Positions 18,385-36,395 of a stretch of DNA of 64,000 bases are shown in pieces. Each line of letters opens with the position of its first letter. The stretch's first letter is position 1. The position numbers and the translations under genes were made by a program. The DNA is from the human T2T-CHM13v2.0 reference genome, Homo sapiens, in contig CP086569.2 of NCBI GenBank assembly GCA_009914755.4, positions 1,728,001 through 1,792,000 on the forward strand, given 5' to 3'. The notes under the pieces were generated by a model. It searched no databases. It saw nothing but the letters and a program-made list of their open reading frames with translations, and was not told the origin of the DNA.

Positions 18385-19478
18385 TCAATTCCTGGTGGCT
18401 TAGTCATTCTGCCCTGGGGATTGTCCTTGCTTCACACTGGTTCCAGAAACTCCTCACGGCCCCCACAATGAATTCCTGGTGGCTTAGTCATTCTGCCCTG
18501 GGGATTGTCCTTGCTTCACACTGGTTCCAGAAACTTCTCATCACCCCCACAATGAATTCCTGGTGGCTTAGTCATTCTGCCCTGGGGATTGTCCTTGCTT
18601 CACACTGGTTCCAGAAACTTCTCACCGTCCCCACAATGAATTCCTGGTGGCTTAGTCATTCTGCCCTGGGGATTGTCCTTGCTTCACACTGGTTCCAGAA
18701 ACTTCTCATCACCCCCACAATGAATTCCTGGTGGCTTAGTCATTCTGCCCTGGGGATTGTCCTTGCTTCACACTGGTTCCAGAAACTTCTCATCACCCCC
18801 ACAATGAATTCCTGGTGGCTTAGTCATTCTGCCCTGGGGATTGTCCTTGCTTCACACTGGTTCCAGAAACTCCTCACGGCCCCCACAATGAATTCCTGGT
18901 GGCTTAGTCATTCTGCCCTGGGGATTGTCCTTGCTTCACACTGGTTCCAGAAACTTCTCACCGTCCCCACAATGAATTCCTGGTGGCTTAGTCATTCTGC
19001 CCTGGGGATTGTCCTTGCTTCACACTGGTTCCAGAAACTTCTCATCACCCCCACAATGAATTCCTGGTGGCTTAGTCATTCTGCCCTGGGGATTGTCCTT
19101 GCTTCACACTGGTTCCAGAAACTTCTCACCGTCCCCACAATGAATTCCTGGTGGCTTAGTCATTCTGCCCTGGGGATTGTCCTTGCTTCACACTGGTTCC
19201 AGAAACTTCTCACCGTCCCCACAATGAATTCCTGGTGGCTTAGTCATTCTGCCCTGGGGATTGTCCTTGCTTCACACTGGTTCCAGAAACTTCTCATCAC
19301 CCCCACAATGAATTCCTGGTGGCTTAGTCATTCTGCCCTGGGGATTGTCCTTGCTTCACACTGGTTCCAGAAACTTCTCACCGTCCCCACAATGAATTCC
19401 TGGTGGCTTAGTCATTCTGCCCTGGGGATTGTCCTTGCTTCACGCTGGTTCCAGAAACTTCTCATCGTCCCCACAAAG
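18385..19478 (+). repeat. 84-bp VNTR/minisatellite, 13 copies
   Basis: Unit attcctggtggcttagtcattctgccctggggattgtccttgcttcacactggttccagaaacttctca(tca/ccg)cccccacaatga; the 398-aa ORF at 18468-19664 is the in-frame readthrough (28-aa repeats). Confidence 0.95.
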
Positions 19479-19659
19479 GGAGCAGATTACGTACAGCACG
19501 TGGTGGTTGACTCCGCAATGACACTCAGGTTTAGACGAATGAGGACAGCTTATCTCCTTATCGTCCCACTCCTCACTCCGGTTATCTGTACCCTTCTGTC
19601 TTTATATCCAGCTTTGCCTGTGCTGAGAAGCAGCCTCTCAAGGCCAGAAGTAAGAATAG

Positions 19660-20128
<469 letters not shown>

Positions 20129-20282
20129 GTAAATCTCTTATATGAACTGTGAACAAACATCACCTAGGAGATGGGAAAAGACCCATCTCCCTTCAATATG
20201 CAGCCGTACAATCATAGAGAGGAGGCCCTGTTTCTGTTCCATTCATTCGGTTTTCATTTTATTGTATTAATCTTTATTTATT

Positions 20283-20390
20283 TTTGAGACAGGGTGTTGT
20301 TGCAGTTTCGCCCAGGCTGGAGTCATCCTCCTGCCTCAGCCTCCCAAGTAGCTAGGACTACAGACATGGGCCACCCGTGCCTGCCTGGCT
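20283..20390 (-). mobile_element. Alu fragment (internally deleted)
   Basis: gagacagggtgttgttgcagtttcgcccaggctggagtcatcctcctgcctcagcctcccaagtagctaggactacag. Confidence 0.75.
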
Positions 20391-20392
20391 AA

Positions 20393-21125
<733 letters not shown>

Positions 21126-21552
21126 CATTGTGTTTTCAAAAACCCTCCAACCTGTTGCTAATGACATTGTTGATGAAATACAATCGCTCAAATTATCCAA
21201 AATTATTTTCAACAGGGACACACTAGGAAAACACAGCTGTATTTACTTTCAGCATCTGCATTTATGCATTTCCCACCAAAAATCACATGATTACAGTCAG
21301 CACGCAACGCAACGATGTCAATTGTGCCGGGCTGTGGGATTGGGTGCACTGAGAATAGTGCAGTCAGTTGGAGTTGAGTCCTTCTGGCCCCTTCGGAACA
21401 GCACTGGAGAGAAGAAACATCACCAGGCTAAAATAAATACTTGGAGAGTCCAAAAGAAGGTGCATTTTGGACGGCTATATTTTTAACACGTTTTTGAAAA
21501 CTCACGCATGTAACAGAGTCTCAGGTGATCTGCCCTTGTGGTTCACACTTTT

Positions 21553-21660
21553 ATCTCCTGTCACTTGAACCTGGGAGGCGGAGGCTGCAGTGAGCCGAGG
21601 TTGTGCCACTGCACTCCAGCCTGGGTGACAGAGAGAGACTCTGTCTCAAAAACAAATAAA
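21553..21660 (+). mobile_element. Alu 3' fragment
   Basis: cacttgaacctgggaggcggaggctgcagtgagccgagg...gcctgggtgacagagagagactctgtctcaaaaac. Confidence 0.85.
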
Positions 21661-22297
21661 TAAAACGAGAATGAATGGTTTCTAGGGCATGACTTTCCAG
21701 CTCCCTTAGATAGGCATTTGGGCAAGATTAAAGAAAAAAAAAAAGACAGAGCTTCGTCCTCACGTTAATGTGACCCTTCCATCAGATTGATGAAAAGTAA
21801 TGGCGGTTTTTGCCATTGCTTTTGTGAACCCTGAAAACGTCAGACAGGTGGCGGTAAGTTTAGAAAGTTTATTTTTTCAGGGTTGACGACGGGCACCTGT
21901 GACACACCCTCAGGAGGTCCCGATGACATGTACCCAAGGTGGTTGGGGCAAAACTTGGTTTTATACATTTTAGAAAGGCATGAGACATCAATCAACATAT
22001 GTAAGAAGTACATTGGTTCAGTCTGGGAAGGTGGGACGAGTTCAAACAAAGGCAGGAAGACTCTAAGCGGGAAGGGGGTTTCCAGATCACAGATAGATAA
22101 GAGACAAATGGCTGCGTTATTTTGAGTTTCTGATGAGCGTTTCTAAAGGAGGCAATCAGATTTGCATCTATCTGAGTGAGCAGAGGGGCAACTTTGAATA
22201 AAGTGGGAGGCAGGTTGGCCCTAAGCAGCTCCCAGCTTGAATGGAGACTGGAAGCAGGGAGGGGGATTCCAGGTCCAGAGAGATGAATGACTACATT

Positions 22298-22362
22298 CTT
22301 ATATATATATTATATATTTAGTGTGTGTATATATATATTTTATATATATATATATATATAAG
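22298..22362 (+). repeat. (TA)n tract, the degenerate tail of the minus-strand L1
   Basis: atatatatattatatatttagtgtgtgtatatatatattttatatatatatatatatata lies next to the L1 3' end. Confidence 0.8.
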
Positions 22363-23027
22363 TTCTAGGGTACATGTGCACAACGTGCAGGTTTGTTACA
22401 TAGGTATACATGTGCCATGTTGGTTTGCTGCACCCATTAACTCGTCATTTACATTAGGTATATCTCCTAATGCTCTCCCTCCCCCATCCCCCCCCCCCAA
22501 CGACAGGCCCCGGTGTGCGATGTTCCCCACTCTGTGTCCAAGTGTTCTCATTGTTCAATTCCCATCTATGAGTGAGAACGTGCAGTGTTTGGTTTTCTGT
22601 CCTTGCGATAGTTTGCTCAGAAAGATGGTTTCCAGCTTCATCCATGTCGGTACAAAGGACATGAATTCATCCTTTTTTATGGCTGCATAGTATTCCATGG
22701 TGTCTATGTGCCACGTTTTCTTAATCCATTCTATCATTGATGGACATTTGGGTTGGTTCCAAGTCTTTGCTATTGTGGACAGTGCTGCAATAAACATACA
22801 TGTGCATGTGTCTGTATAGTAGCATGATTTATAATCCTTTGGGTATATACCCAGTCATGGGATGGCTGGGTCAAATGGTATTTCTGGTTCTAGATCCTTG
22901 AGGAATGGCCACACTGTCTTCCACAATGGTTGAACTAGTTTACACTCCCACCAACAGTGCAAAAGCGTTCCTATTTCTCCACATCCTCTCCAGCACCTGT
23001 TGTTTCCTGACTTTTTAGTGATCGCCT
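22355..23027 (-). mobile_element. L1 (L1PA-like) 3' portion, 5'-truncated, minus strand
   Basis: Reverse complement of the L1 3'UTR/ORF2 end: ...gggtacatgtgcacaacgtgcaggtttgttacataggtatacatgtgccatgttggtttgctgcacccattaactcgtcatttacattaggtatatctcctaatgc...gtgagaacgtgcagtgtttggttttctgtccttg...; candidate 16-bp TSD GAATG(A/G)CTACATTCTT. Confidence 0.85.
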
Positions 23028-23292
23028 GAATGGCTACATTCTTTTGAGTGTCTGATGACCCTTTCCAAAGGAGGCAACTAGATATGGCATCTGTCTCAGT
23101 GAGCACAGGGGTAACTTTGAATAAAATGGGAGGCAGGTTGGCCGTAAGCAGCTCCCAGCTTGAAGGGGCCCAAAGTACTTTCCTTTCACCCCTTTTAATG
23201 GGAAAAACTGCAGTGACTGTTGCACCAACCCAGTACATGTGGCGAATTAGCCTGCATGAGACCCATGGACGATGAGACTCTTTGAAAATAAG

Positions 23293-23425
23293 AATTTATG
23301 GGCTGGGCACGGTGGCTCATGCCTGTAATCCCAGCACTTTGGGAACCCGAGGCGGGTGGATCACCTGAGGTCAGGAGTTCGAGAACAGCTGGCCAACGTG
23401 GAGAAACCCCGTCTCTACTGAAAAA
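23293..23425 (+). mobile_element. Alu 5' fragment
   Basis: gggctgggcacggtggctcatgcctgtaatcccagcactttgggaacccgaggcgggtggatcacctgaggtcaggagttcgagaac. Confidence 0.85.
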
Positions 23426-23427
23426 CA

Positions 23428-23640
23428 CGGGGTTTTGATTGTGAGGTCTCCCCAGCCATGTGGAACTGTGAGTCCATTAAACTGTTTTTTCTTTCTTTAT
23501 AAATTAACCAGTCTTTATTATAAATTATTATATATAAAAAATTATTATATATAAAAAATTATAAATTTTTCTTTCTTTATAAATTAACTAATCTTTATTA
23601 GCAGTGCGAGAACAGACTAATACACCAGGTAAGTATGTAG
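23428..23640 (+). mobile_element. THE1-type MaLR LTR 3' end (with small internal AT-rich duplications)
   Basis: ccagccatgtggaactgtgagtccattaaac...ctttataaattaac...tctttattagcagtgcgagaacagactaatacac. Confidence 0.75.
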
Positions 23641-23697
23641 AGAATTATCCATGAATCCTTATATCCCGAAATAATTACTGCGTGCCCCCAACCCTGA

Positions 23698-24310
<613 letters not shown>

Positions 24311-24312
24311 CC

Positions 24313-24447
24313 AATTTCTGTGATTTTAGTAGAGACGGGGTTTCACCATGTTGGCCAGGCTGGTCTCAAACTCCTAACCTCAAATGATCCACCCACCTCG
24401 GCCTCCCAAAGTGCTGGGATTACAGGAGTGAGCCACCGTGCCCAGCC
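24313..24447 (-). mobile_element. Alu fragment (one monomer)
   Basis: tagtagagacggggtttcaccatgttggccaggctggtctcaaactcc...gagccaccgtgcccagcc. Confidence 0.85.
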
Positions 24448-25149
24448 AAGACCTCATATTTTATGGGGACAGCACAACAGACCCTAACTATCCTTCAGAG
24501 TTCCACTCTGCGTCCAGGAATACATAGTGATGACAAGCTTGGGCACCTGCCTGAGCGCCAGAGACTTGGAACTCCATCAATTCCAGACCGCTTTGTGCTC
24601 TAAAATTCAGAATCCAATGGCAAAACCATCATCACTGCCAGAAAGACACCTGGTGGAGTCATAAGCCTCACACTCATTTTTCTCCTCCTCTCATTTCTAT
24701 TCATAGATCATCCCCAGGGTGGGATTGAAATCCACATTCTCCACAATCTGGATTTTTTCCAAGTCATCATTTATTAGCAGCATCTTGTGAAATCTCCTCC
24801 TAAGAAAGCAGATACGGTAAGAGTCACAATCTCTTAACGAATTTATCTGTAAGTCTCCGAGGAGTTCATTTTCTCCCTTTGCCTCTGATCCGGTTCATAT
24901 GGCGCAATCATCTTGTCCGCTGTGTGGCCATTCGAGCCGTCCACAGGAAGGGGCAGCTAAGTTCATTTAACTGTGACTCCCCGTTAAGGCTGCAGTAGCC
25001 CCATGTGCTCTGGTCCCGGCCAAGGCGTGGCGAGCTACCGCCCCATGCCCGCCGGACACAGAAGGAAAATCAAGCAGGGGAGGTGCCTGTCTGATGGTGG
25101 CGGCTCCTTCCTCACGGCCACTGCCCTCCTACCAGCCCGGTTCAGCCTG

Positions 25150-25735
25150 TCCTCCCCTCTCCTACTGCTTCTCTCTCATCCCTTTCCCTGTCTCTTTCTG
25201 TGTCTTCCTTCTCTCTCTCTTTTCTCTGTCTCTCTGTCTCTCTCTCTCTTTCTCCCCTGCTCCCAGTCTCTCTCTCTGTCTCCTTCCCTCTCAGTCCCTC
25301 TCTGTCTCCCTGTCTGCCTCGGTCTCTCTGTCTATGTCCCCCCTCTGTCTCTGTCACTGCCTCTGTCTCTCTGTCTCTGTCCCCTCTCTGCCTCTCTGTC
25401 TCTATCTCTGTCTCTGTCTCTGTCTCTCTCTGTCTCTGTCTCTCTTCTCTGCCTCCGTCTCTCTGCCTCTCTCTGTCTCTCTCTCTGCCTCTGTCTCTCT
25501 CTCTGCTTCTCTCTGTCTCTGCCTCCCTCTCTGTCTCTCTGCTTGTCTCTCTGTCTCTGTCTCCCTCTCTGCCTGTCTCTGTCTGTCCCTATCTCTGTCA
25601 CTCTGTCTCTGTCTCCCTGTCTCTCTGTCTCTGCCTCCCTGTCTCTCTGCTTGTCTCTCTGTCTCTGTCTCCCTCTCTGTCTCTCTGTCTCTCCCTCTCT
25701 GTCTCTGCCTCCCTCTCTGTCTCTCTTTTTCCTGC
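25150..25735 (+). repeat. Polypyrimidine CT-rich minisatellite (CTCTGTCT/CTGCCTCC units, higher-order period of about 115 bp)
   Basis: ctgcctccctgtctctctgcttgtctctctgtctctgtctccctctctg recurs; the 194-280-aa ORFs at 25003-25845 are artifacts. Confidence 0.9.
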
Positions 25736-26459
25736 TGCAATTTCACATTCTCCACGAGTCACTGGCGTCCTGGACTTCCCATGAGAGAATGTCTGAGGCC
25801 GGCAGAATGAAATGCTGGGACGGACACAGCTTCATCCGTGCCTAACGAACAGCTGTCAGCGTCGCGCTGAAATCCTCCCGTGTCCGTGCCGGCTGCATTT
25901 GAGTCCCATCATTTCCTCGAGCAAATATTAAAGAATCAAGATTGCATTGTATCATCGCTGCGTGCCTTTTCTCTGAATGTCTGAGATTGTGACTAGAGGC
26001 ATTTGAATACAAGGATGACTGCTGGCAGAGGGGTACATCACAGGTCATCTCATGATTTGGCAGCATTCAGTCACGTATCCTTGATTGCTAAGTGACCAGA
26101 GGCTGGGCTGGGCTGGCTTTTAAATGGTGGTCATTTTTGAGTTATTACTGGAAGCTGAAGGATTTGGTTTAAATAGGCAGCTGCTTTAAAATAGATTTGT
26201 TTCAGAGAAACCCCAATAGAATTCATTTAACGTTTCCATCAAATGATCATAGTCATTACCCGAATGATTGTAATTCTCCCGGGAAAGCTGTTCCTTTTTC
26301 TTCTGGAAAATCAGAATATACCAAAATGGTCAGTACCTTGCTATTTTCGTGGCAATGACTAAAACCTGGACTGATGTTGCTAACCCTTTATTTTTCCATG
26401 ATTACGATTTCCATCATTAGGTACCTGTCTTACCTCCCTACACACACAGGTGCATGCAG

Positions 26460-27330
<871 letters not shown>

Positions 27331-27474
27331 TGAAAAGAAAGATGATAGCTAAGAGAGTGTGTTCACGTTGCATTGATTTATATGATTCTCATCACCTTGA
27401 GTATATATTATCCTGATAAGACAATTATCATAATTCCTTGTATTACTATTCTCACACTGCCGTAACAAAATATC

Positions 27475-28260
27475 AGAGACTGGGAGGGTTAAACAGCAGA
27501 CATTGATTCTCCCACAGTCCTGGAGGCTGGAAGTCCGAGATCAAGATGTGAGCTGGGCTGATTCCTCCTGAGGCCGCTCTCCTTGGCTTGTAGATGACGT
27601 CTTCCCCTGTGTCTTCAAAGGGTCGCCCCTTTATGTGTGTCTGTGTCCTCGTCTCCTTTTCTTATGAGGTGTCTTAGTCCATCTCAGGCTGCTATCACAG
27701 AATACCATAGACTGGGTGGCTTAGAAACAACAGACATTGATTCTCCCACAGCCCTGGAGGCTGGACGTCCAAGATCAAGGTGTGGGCAGGGCTGGTTCCT
27801 CCTGAGGACTCTCTCCTGGGCTTGGAGATGCCGTCTTCTCCCTGTGCCCTCACAGGGTCGTCCCTCTGTGTGTGTCTGTGTCCCCATCTCCTCTCCTTAT
27901 GAGATGGCTTAGTCCATCTCAGGCTGCTGTCACAGAATACCAGAGGCTGGGTGGCTTATAAACAGCAGACATTGATTCTCCCACAGTCCTGGAGGCTGGA
28001 AGTCTGAGATCCAGGTGTGGGCAGGGCTGGTTCCTCCTGAGGCCTCTCTCCTGGGCTTGGAGACACCATCTTCTCCCTGTGTCCTCACAGGGTCTCCCCT
28101 CTGTGTGTGTCTGTGTCCTCATGTCCTCTTCTTATAAGGACCCCAGTCCTATTGGATAAGGGCCCACCCTACTGACCTCATTTTACCTTAATCCCCTCTT
28201 TAAACACCCCAACTCCAAACACAGTCACATCTTGAGGTCCTGGGGGTCAGGGGTTCAACC
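27475..28260 (+). mobile_element. Ancient LTR-type repeat (MaLR/MLT1-like) with an internal approx. 235-bp tandem triplication
   Basis: ...cacagaataccatagactgggtggcttagaaacaacagacattgattctcccacagccctggaggctggacgtccaagatcaaggtg...cctctccttatgag... appears three times (period about 235 bp), then ...cttcttataaggaccccagtcctattggataagggcccaccctactgacctcattttaccttaat... Confidence 0.6.
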
Positions 28261-28833
28261 TAGGAATTTAGTGAGACACAGTTCCGTTCATAATACTCAT
28301 CTTTTCCCGAGAAAGGAAAAACTTCCAAAGATGAAAATGACTTCTGCAAGGACACACAACCCAGGCGGGCCTGGCGTTGAAAGCCAGGTCCAAGAAGCTG
28401 ACCAGCTTCAAGGTCAATGACTTCCTCTTGCGCTGGAAAGGATTCCTGTCAAGCCACCTCTTTCCTGAGCAAAGAGCTTGGAAATCCACATGTGGAAATT
28501 GCATTTTTATTACAGACTCTCCACCAGGGTGTAGATGTCCAATGAGAATGCAAAAGCATGGTCTGCCGTTATCATCAATCCAGCCTCGGCTGTCTTGGAA
28601 TTCACGCCGTGCCTCTGGGCCACGCATTGGCTTATGTATCCAGCAATTCTTTATGGAATGCCTACTTGAGCTAGGCGCAGGGGCGCTGAAGGTGACTAAA
28701 CTAGGTGGTTCAGGGAGACACACTGGGAAGAAAGGGAATGGATTAACCGTAGGTACCCAAGTCATTGAGGTTTCAGCATCTCCTGCAGAGGAATCAAGGG
28801 GACACTGAATGCATAAAAACAGACGATAATCGG

Positions 28834-29172
28834 CCGGGCGTGATGGCTCACGCCTGTCCTCCCGGCACTTTGGGAGGCTGAGGCGGTCAGTCAGATCACC
28901 TGAGGTCAGGAGTTTGAGACCAGCCTGGCCAACATGGTGAAACCCTGTCTCTACCAAAAATACAAATGTCAGCCGGGCGTGGTGGTGGGCGCCTGTAATC
29001 CCACCTACTCGGGAGGCTGAGGCAGGAGAATCGCTTGAACCCTGGAGGCAGAGGTTGTGGTGACTTGAGATAGCCCATTGCACTCCAGCCTGGCAACAGA
29101 GCGAGACTCCGTCTAAAACACAAAACAAAACAAAAACTCACGAAAAAAACAACAAAGAACAAGAACAAAAAC
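28834..29172 (+). mobile_element. Alu with a long A-rich tail, flanked by an approx. 95-bp direct repeat
   Basis: ggccgggcgtgatggctcacgcctgtcctcccggcacttt...gcctggcaacagagcgagactccgtctaaaacacaaaac...; flanks 28736-28830 and 29174-29270 are alike. Confidence 0.95.
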
Positions 29173-29602
29173 AAATGGTAAATGTAGGTACCCAAGTCAT
29201 TGAGGTTTCAGCATGTCCTGCAGAGGAATCAGGGAGATCCCAGATGCTTGAAAACAGAGGATAATTAATAAATAGGCTACGTATCATGTCCCTGGGCACT
29301 CAGCCACAATGCACCTGCTTTCATCTATGCATTGGGTTATCACACCTGACTGTCAGGAGTGCTGGATTGTGGGCTATGAGAATTGATCCCCAGCGAGGCA
29401 CGAGTCAAATCCAACCTCTGACTCATCAACCCTATTCCAGCATGTTCTCACTGAGCCTGATTATGCCAGGTGAGGCCAGAGGGTAGAGAGAAAAAGGTGA
29501 GCCCTTCTGATGCAGGGCAGGTGAGCCCCTACATCAGGGTAACCTAAGAGGGTTCTTAGCTTTGCCCAGAAAAGAATTCAAGGGCGAGCCGGTGGTGTTA
29601 GA

Positions 29603-30038
<436 letters not shown>

Positions 30039-30194
30039 TAGGCAATGCACCTGGAGCAGAAGCTTAGAGGCAGTTCTACAGGCATATTGATACCCACTGC
30101 TAATTACATGCAAATGAAGGGGTGGTGATGCAGAAATTTCTAGAAAAAGGGCGGTAACGTCCGGATCATTGGATTGTTGCCATGGCAACGGTAA

Positions 30195-31530
<1,336 letters not shown>

Positions 31531-31590
31531 GCTCTTCCTCATTTCTATTGAATTGATTTCTGTAAATGTTCAAGAGCATTTCACAAATAA

Positions 31591-31884
<294 letters not shown>

Positions 31885-32171
31885 TATTGGCTTATTTATT
31901 TAATTTTGTGCTGACACAGGAAGGCTGCTGGAGATTAAATATTCACTCTCCACTGTGGCTTTGAGGAATATAAAATTTCCGTTTTCACCCCATTTGCTAT
32001 TTTCTGCCTTAAATTCACACTTGAATTTGCCTAAGGTCTTTACATATAGAGTGTCCAGTAGGTCATGTACAGTGAAGGTTTGGTCTTTCACTCAACTGAA
32101 GTGTATTCTTATTGTTGTGATTGTTCTTTGAATGGCATACTTTGACACATTTGCAATAACTATGTTAAAAG

Positions 32172-32534
<363 letters not shown>

Positions 32535-32681
32535 TTAAACAGTCATGAAACTCAATAAATCAGTTTTGAAAGAATTGATCTTCCTACACTTTTGAATTTT
32601 CCAATCTGTCCTATTCATTCGATCTTCATAACTCGGCATTTCCAGTGAGAGCCACTCCAACTTCTGAGCACCCTTCATCTT

Positions 32682-32731
32682 GGACTCCCAAAAAGTGCTG
32701 ACATTACAGGCATAAACCACTGTGCCCGGCC
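32682..32731 (-). mobile_element. Short Alu fragment
   Basis: ccaaaaagtgctgacattacaggcataaaccactgtgcccggcc. Confidence 0.7.
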
Positions 32732-32765
32732 TGAAAATGCTATTTTAGTCAGTAGTATAAATTAA

Positions 32766-33808
<1,043 letters not shown>

Positions 33809-35429
33809 ACACTGTTTTTGAAAGCATCACACGATGTCTTTTGAAAATGTTTTGGAATCATTTCCTGAGATACTTTTCCCTCCATCTCATTTTCTTTGGA
33901 CTGGATGAAATCCTCACCCTCTCTGCAAGATAAATTTGAATTTTTGGCATGAGAAAACCCAGAGGTCTTTCTTTGCGGGGGGAGTAAATTCTGAAGACTG
34001 TTTTGCTCATTGCAATATCAGGAATCAGCTTGCAGACTGCTCCTCACGCCTCTATGCATGCTCTCCTGGCTCTCCGCAAAGTCGGCAGCAGAGTGGTATT
34101 TGGGCATGGGTCAGCCGACTTATGTAAATATATTACCACTGAGCATTTCATCCATCTGCTAGGATCAGCCCTACCCTTTCTCAGCACTCTGCGGATTTAG
34201 TCTAAAGAGCTTGCAGAACTGCTTGGTATCATCAAGAAGAGCTTGCTCTCCGACAGGAGCCATCTTTATGCTCCAAACCTGACTGCCTGTAATAACTGGC
34301 AGCTTATTGTGTCGAAAAAACCATCCTGAGGCAGGGACTGTGTTCTGAAGATGAGTGGTCTTTGCAGAGCAGGATTTGGTCAGCCACATGCAAGGATGAT
34401 GGCGTAGGAAGACGGGAAAGGCTGAAACTCAGTAATACCTACCTAGAGTTTGGAGTGGCCACACTGCCAGCCGGCGAGCTGTCTAATGATGATTCACCAT
34501 CTCCCTTTCCCGGAGCTTTGCAGGACGATGGCTTGAGAGCTTTCATAACTCATTTAGCCGTGATGATTAATTTGGAACGAGGGATAAAGGTTGTCTCAGG
34601 CCAAAGATTGCCTGCCTTCCTTCACTGACTCAACCCTGATCCGAGATGGAAAATGTGCATTTTAGGACAACACTAAATTTTTAATGCTTTTTAATAGCTC
34701 TTTGCGAGATTACTCAGGGTGAGCTGGAGCTTTGCAAACAAACGCTTATCCCCGTACACTATGTTTACCTGGCGCAATCGGATGCCTTTCATTCAGGACT
34801 GTCCTTGAAGGTCACTGCCTCTATCCTTTCCAGCAGGGATGAAAAGCAAATCAGATTACAGAAATGGCTGAGCTGCCTTTGGAGGTAGTTGTAATAGAGG
34901 GTTTAGGGTGTGTACCGATGTAAGAGCTTGGGGGTTATTTGCAAGCTACATGGAGCTTGAATGTTGTATCAGGATTAGGCTTGGCTGACACGGAAACCCT
35001 AAAACAACAGTGCTTTAAAGCAACAGAAGTTTGTTCCTCTCTTACGTAAAGGTGACCCTGAGGTACACGGTCCAGGGCTGGCATTGTGCCTTTGTGTCAC
35101 ACAGTCCTCAAAAATAAGGCTCATCTTCTTTCCTTGCTTTCCCTCCCCTAGGTCATATTCTCTTTGTCCTCATGATCCAAGACGGTAGCTCTCACACTCC
35201 AGGAAGCACGTGCAGGAAGGAGAGAAGAGAAAGAGGGAAAAAGGCAAATCACGTATGATTTTGAAAGAAAGTTTCTGGTATGTGGCAGCAGCAGTGGGTA
35301 CAGAAAGAAAGAAAAAGGTTTAGCATTTCTAAGGAGTGGGTAGGAGTGGTGTCATTAATTTTAAGCTCTGTGGCCTTGGGAAAGGCTCAACTTCTGTGAA
35401 CCCAAGTTTTGTCTTCCGTAACATGACGA

Positions 35430-36395
35430 CGATGATGGTGATGGTGATGGTGATGACGATGATGGTGATGATGATGGTAATGATGATGGTGATGATGGTG
35501 ATGGTGATAATAGTGATAGTGAGGATGATGATGCTGCTGATGTAATGATGGTGATGATGATGATGGTGATGATATGATGGTGATGATGATGATAATGCTG
35601 ACAGTGATGATGTGATGTGATGATGATAATGGTGATGATGTGATGGTGATGATAGTGATGGTGATGATGGTGATGGTGAGGATGCTGATGGTGATGACGG
35701 TGATGGTGATGATGTGATGGTGATGATAGTGATGGTGATGATGGTGATGATGATGATGGAGATGAGGATGATGGTGATGATGGTGATAATGGTGATAATG
35801 ATGACAGTGATGATGTGATGGTGATGATGATGATAGGGTGAAAATGTGATGATGATGATGGTGATGATATGGTGATGGTGATGGTGATGATAGTGATGTA
35901 TGGTGATGGTGATGGTGATGATAGTGATGGTGATAATGGTGATAATGATGATGGTGATGATGTGATGGTGATGATGATAACGGTGATGATGTGATGGTCA
36001 TGATAATGATGGTGATGATGGTGATGGCAATGATCATGATGATGATAATAGTGGCGATGATGATGGTGATGATGATGGTGATAGTGATGATGGTGATGGT
36101 GATGACAGTGATGGTGTTGATGGTGATAATGATGGTGATGATGTGATGGTCATGATAATGATGTTGATGATGGTGATAGCAATGATCATGATGATGATAA
36201 TAGTGGCAATGATGATGGTGATGATAATGGTGATGGTAGTGATGATGGTGATGATGATGATGCTGATGGAGATAATGGTGATGGTGGTGATAATGATGAT
36301 GATGGTGATGGTGATGACAATGGTGATGGAAATGATGGTGATAGTGATAATGGTGATGGTGGTAATGATGATGATGAGGGTGGTAATAATGTCAC
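35430..36395 (+). repeat. (GATGGT)n/(GATGAT)n minisatellite of about 1 kb with higher-order blocks of about 150 bp
   Basis: tgatggtgatgatggtgatggtgat... throughout; the block gtgatggtcatgataatgatg...gcaatgatcatgatgatgataatagtggc recurs at 35992 and 36146; His-rich and Met-rich ORFs are artifacts. Confidence 0.95.

Noticed and set aside
22112-23165. A 115-bp target-site duplication for the L1 at 22355-23027
   Set aside because: A conventional 16-bp TSD is present at the immediate junctions. The longer similarity extends beyond it and is better explained by a pre-existing approx. 178-bp tandem duplication.
24880-25140. Possible CpG island or promoter (several CpGs: gcgcaatcatcttgtccgctgtgtggccattcgagccgtcc...cgtggcgagctaccgccccatgcccgccgg)
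   Set aside because: CpG density is modest and the stretch is short, and it abuts a CT minisatellite. There is not enough evidence to call a promoter from sequence alone.
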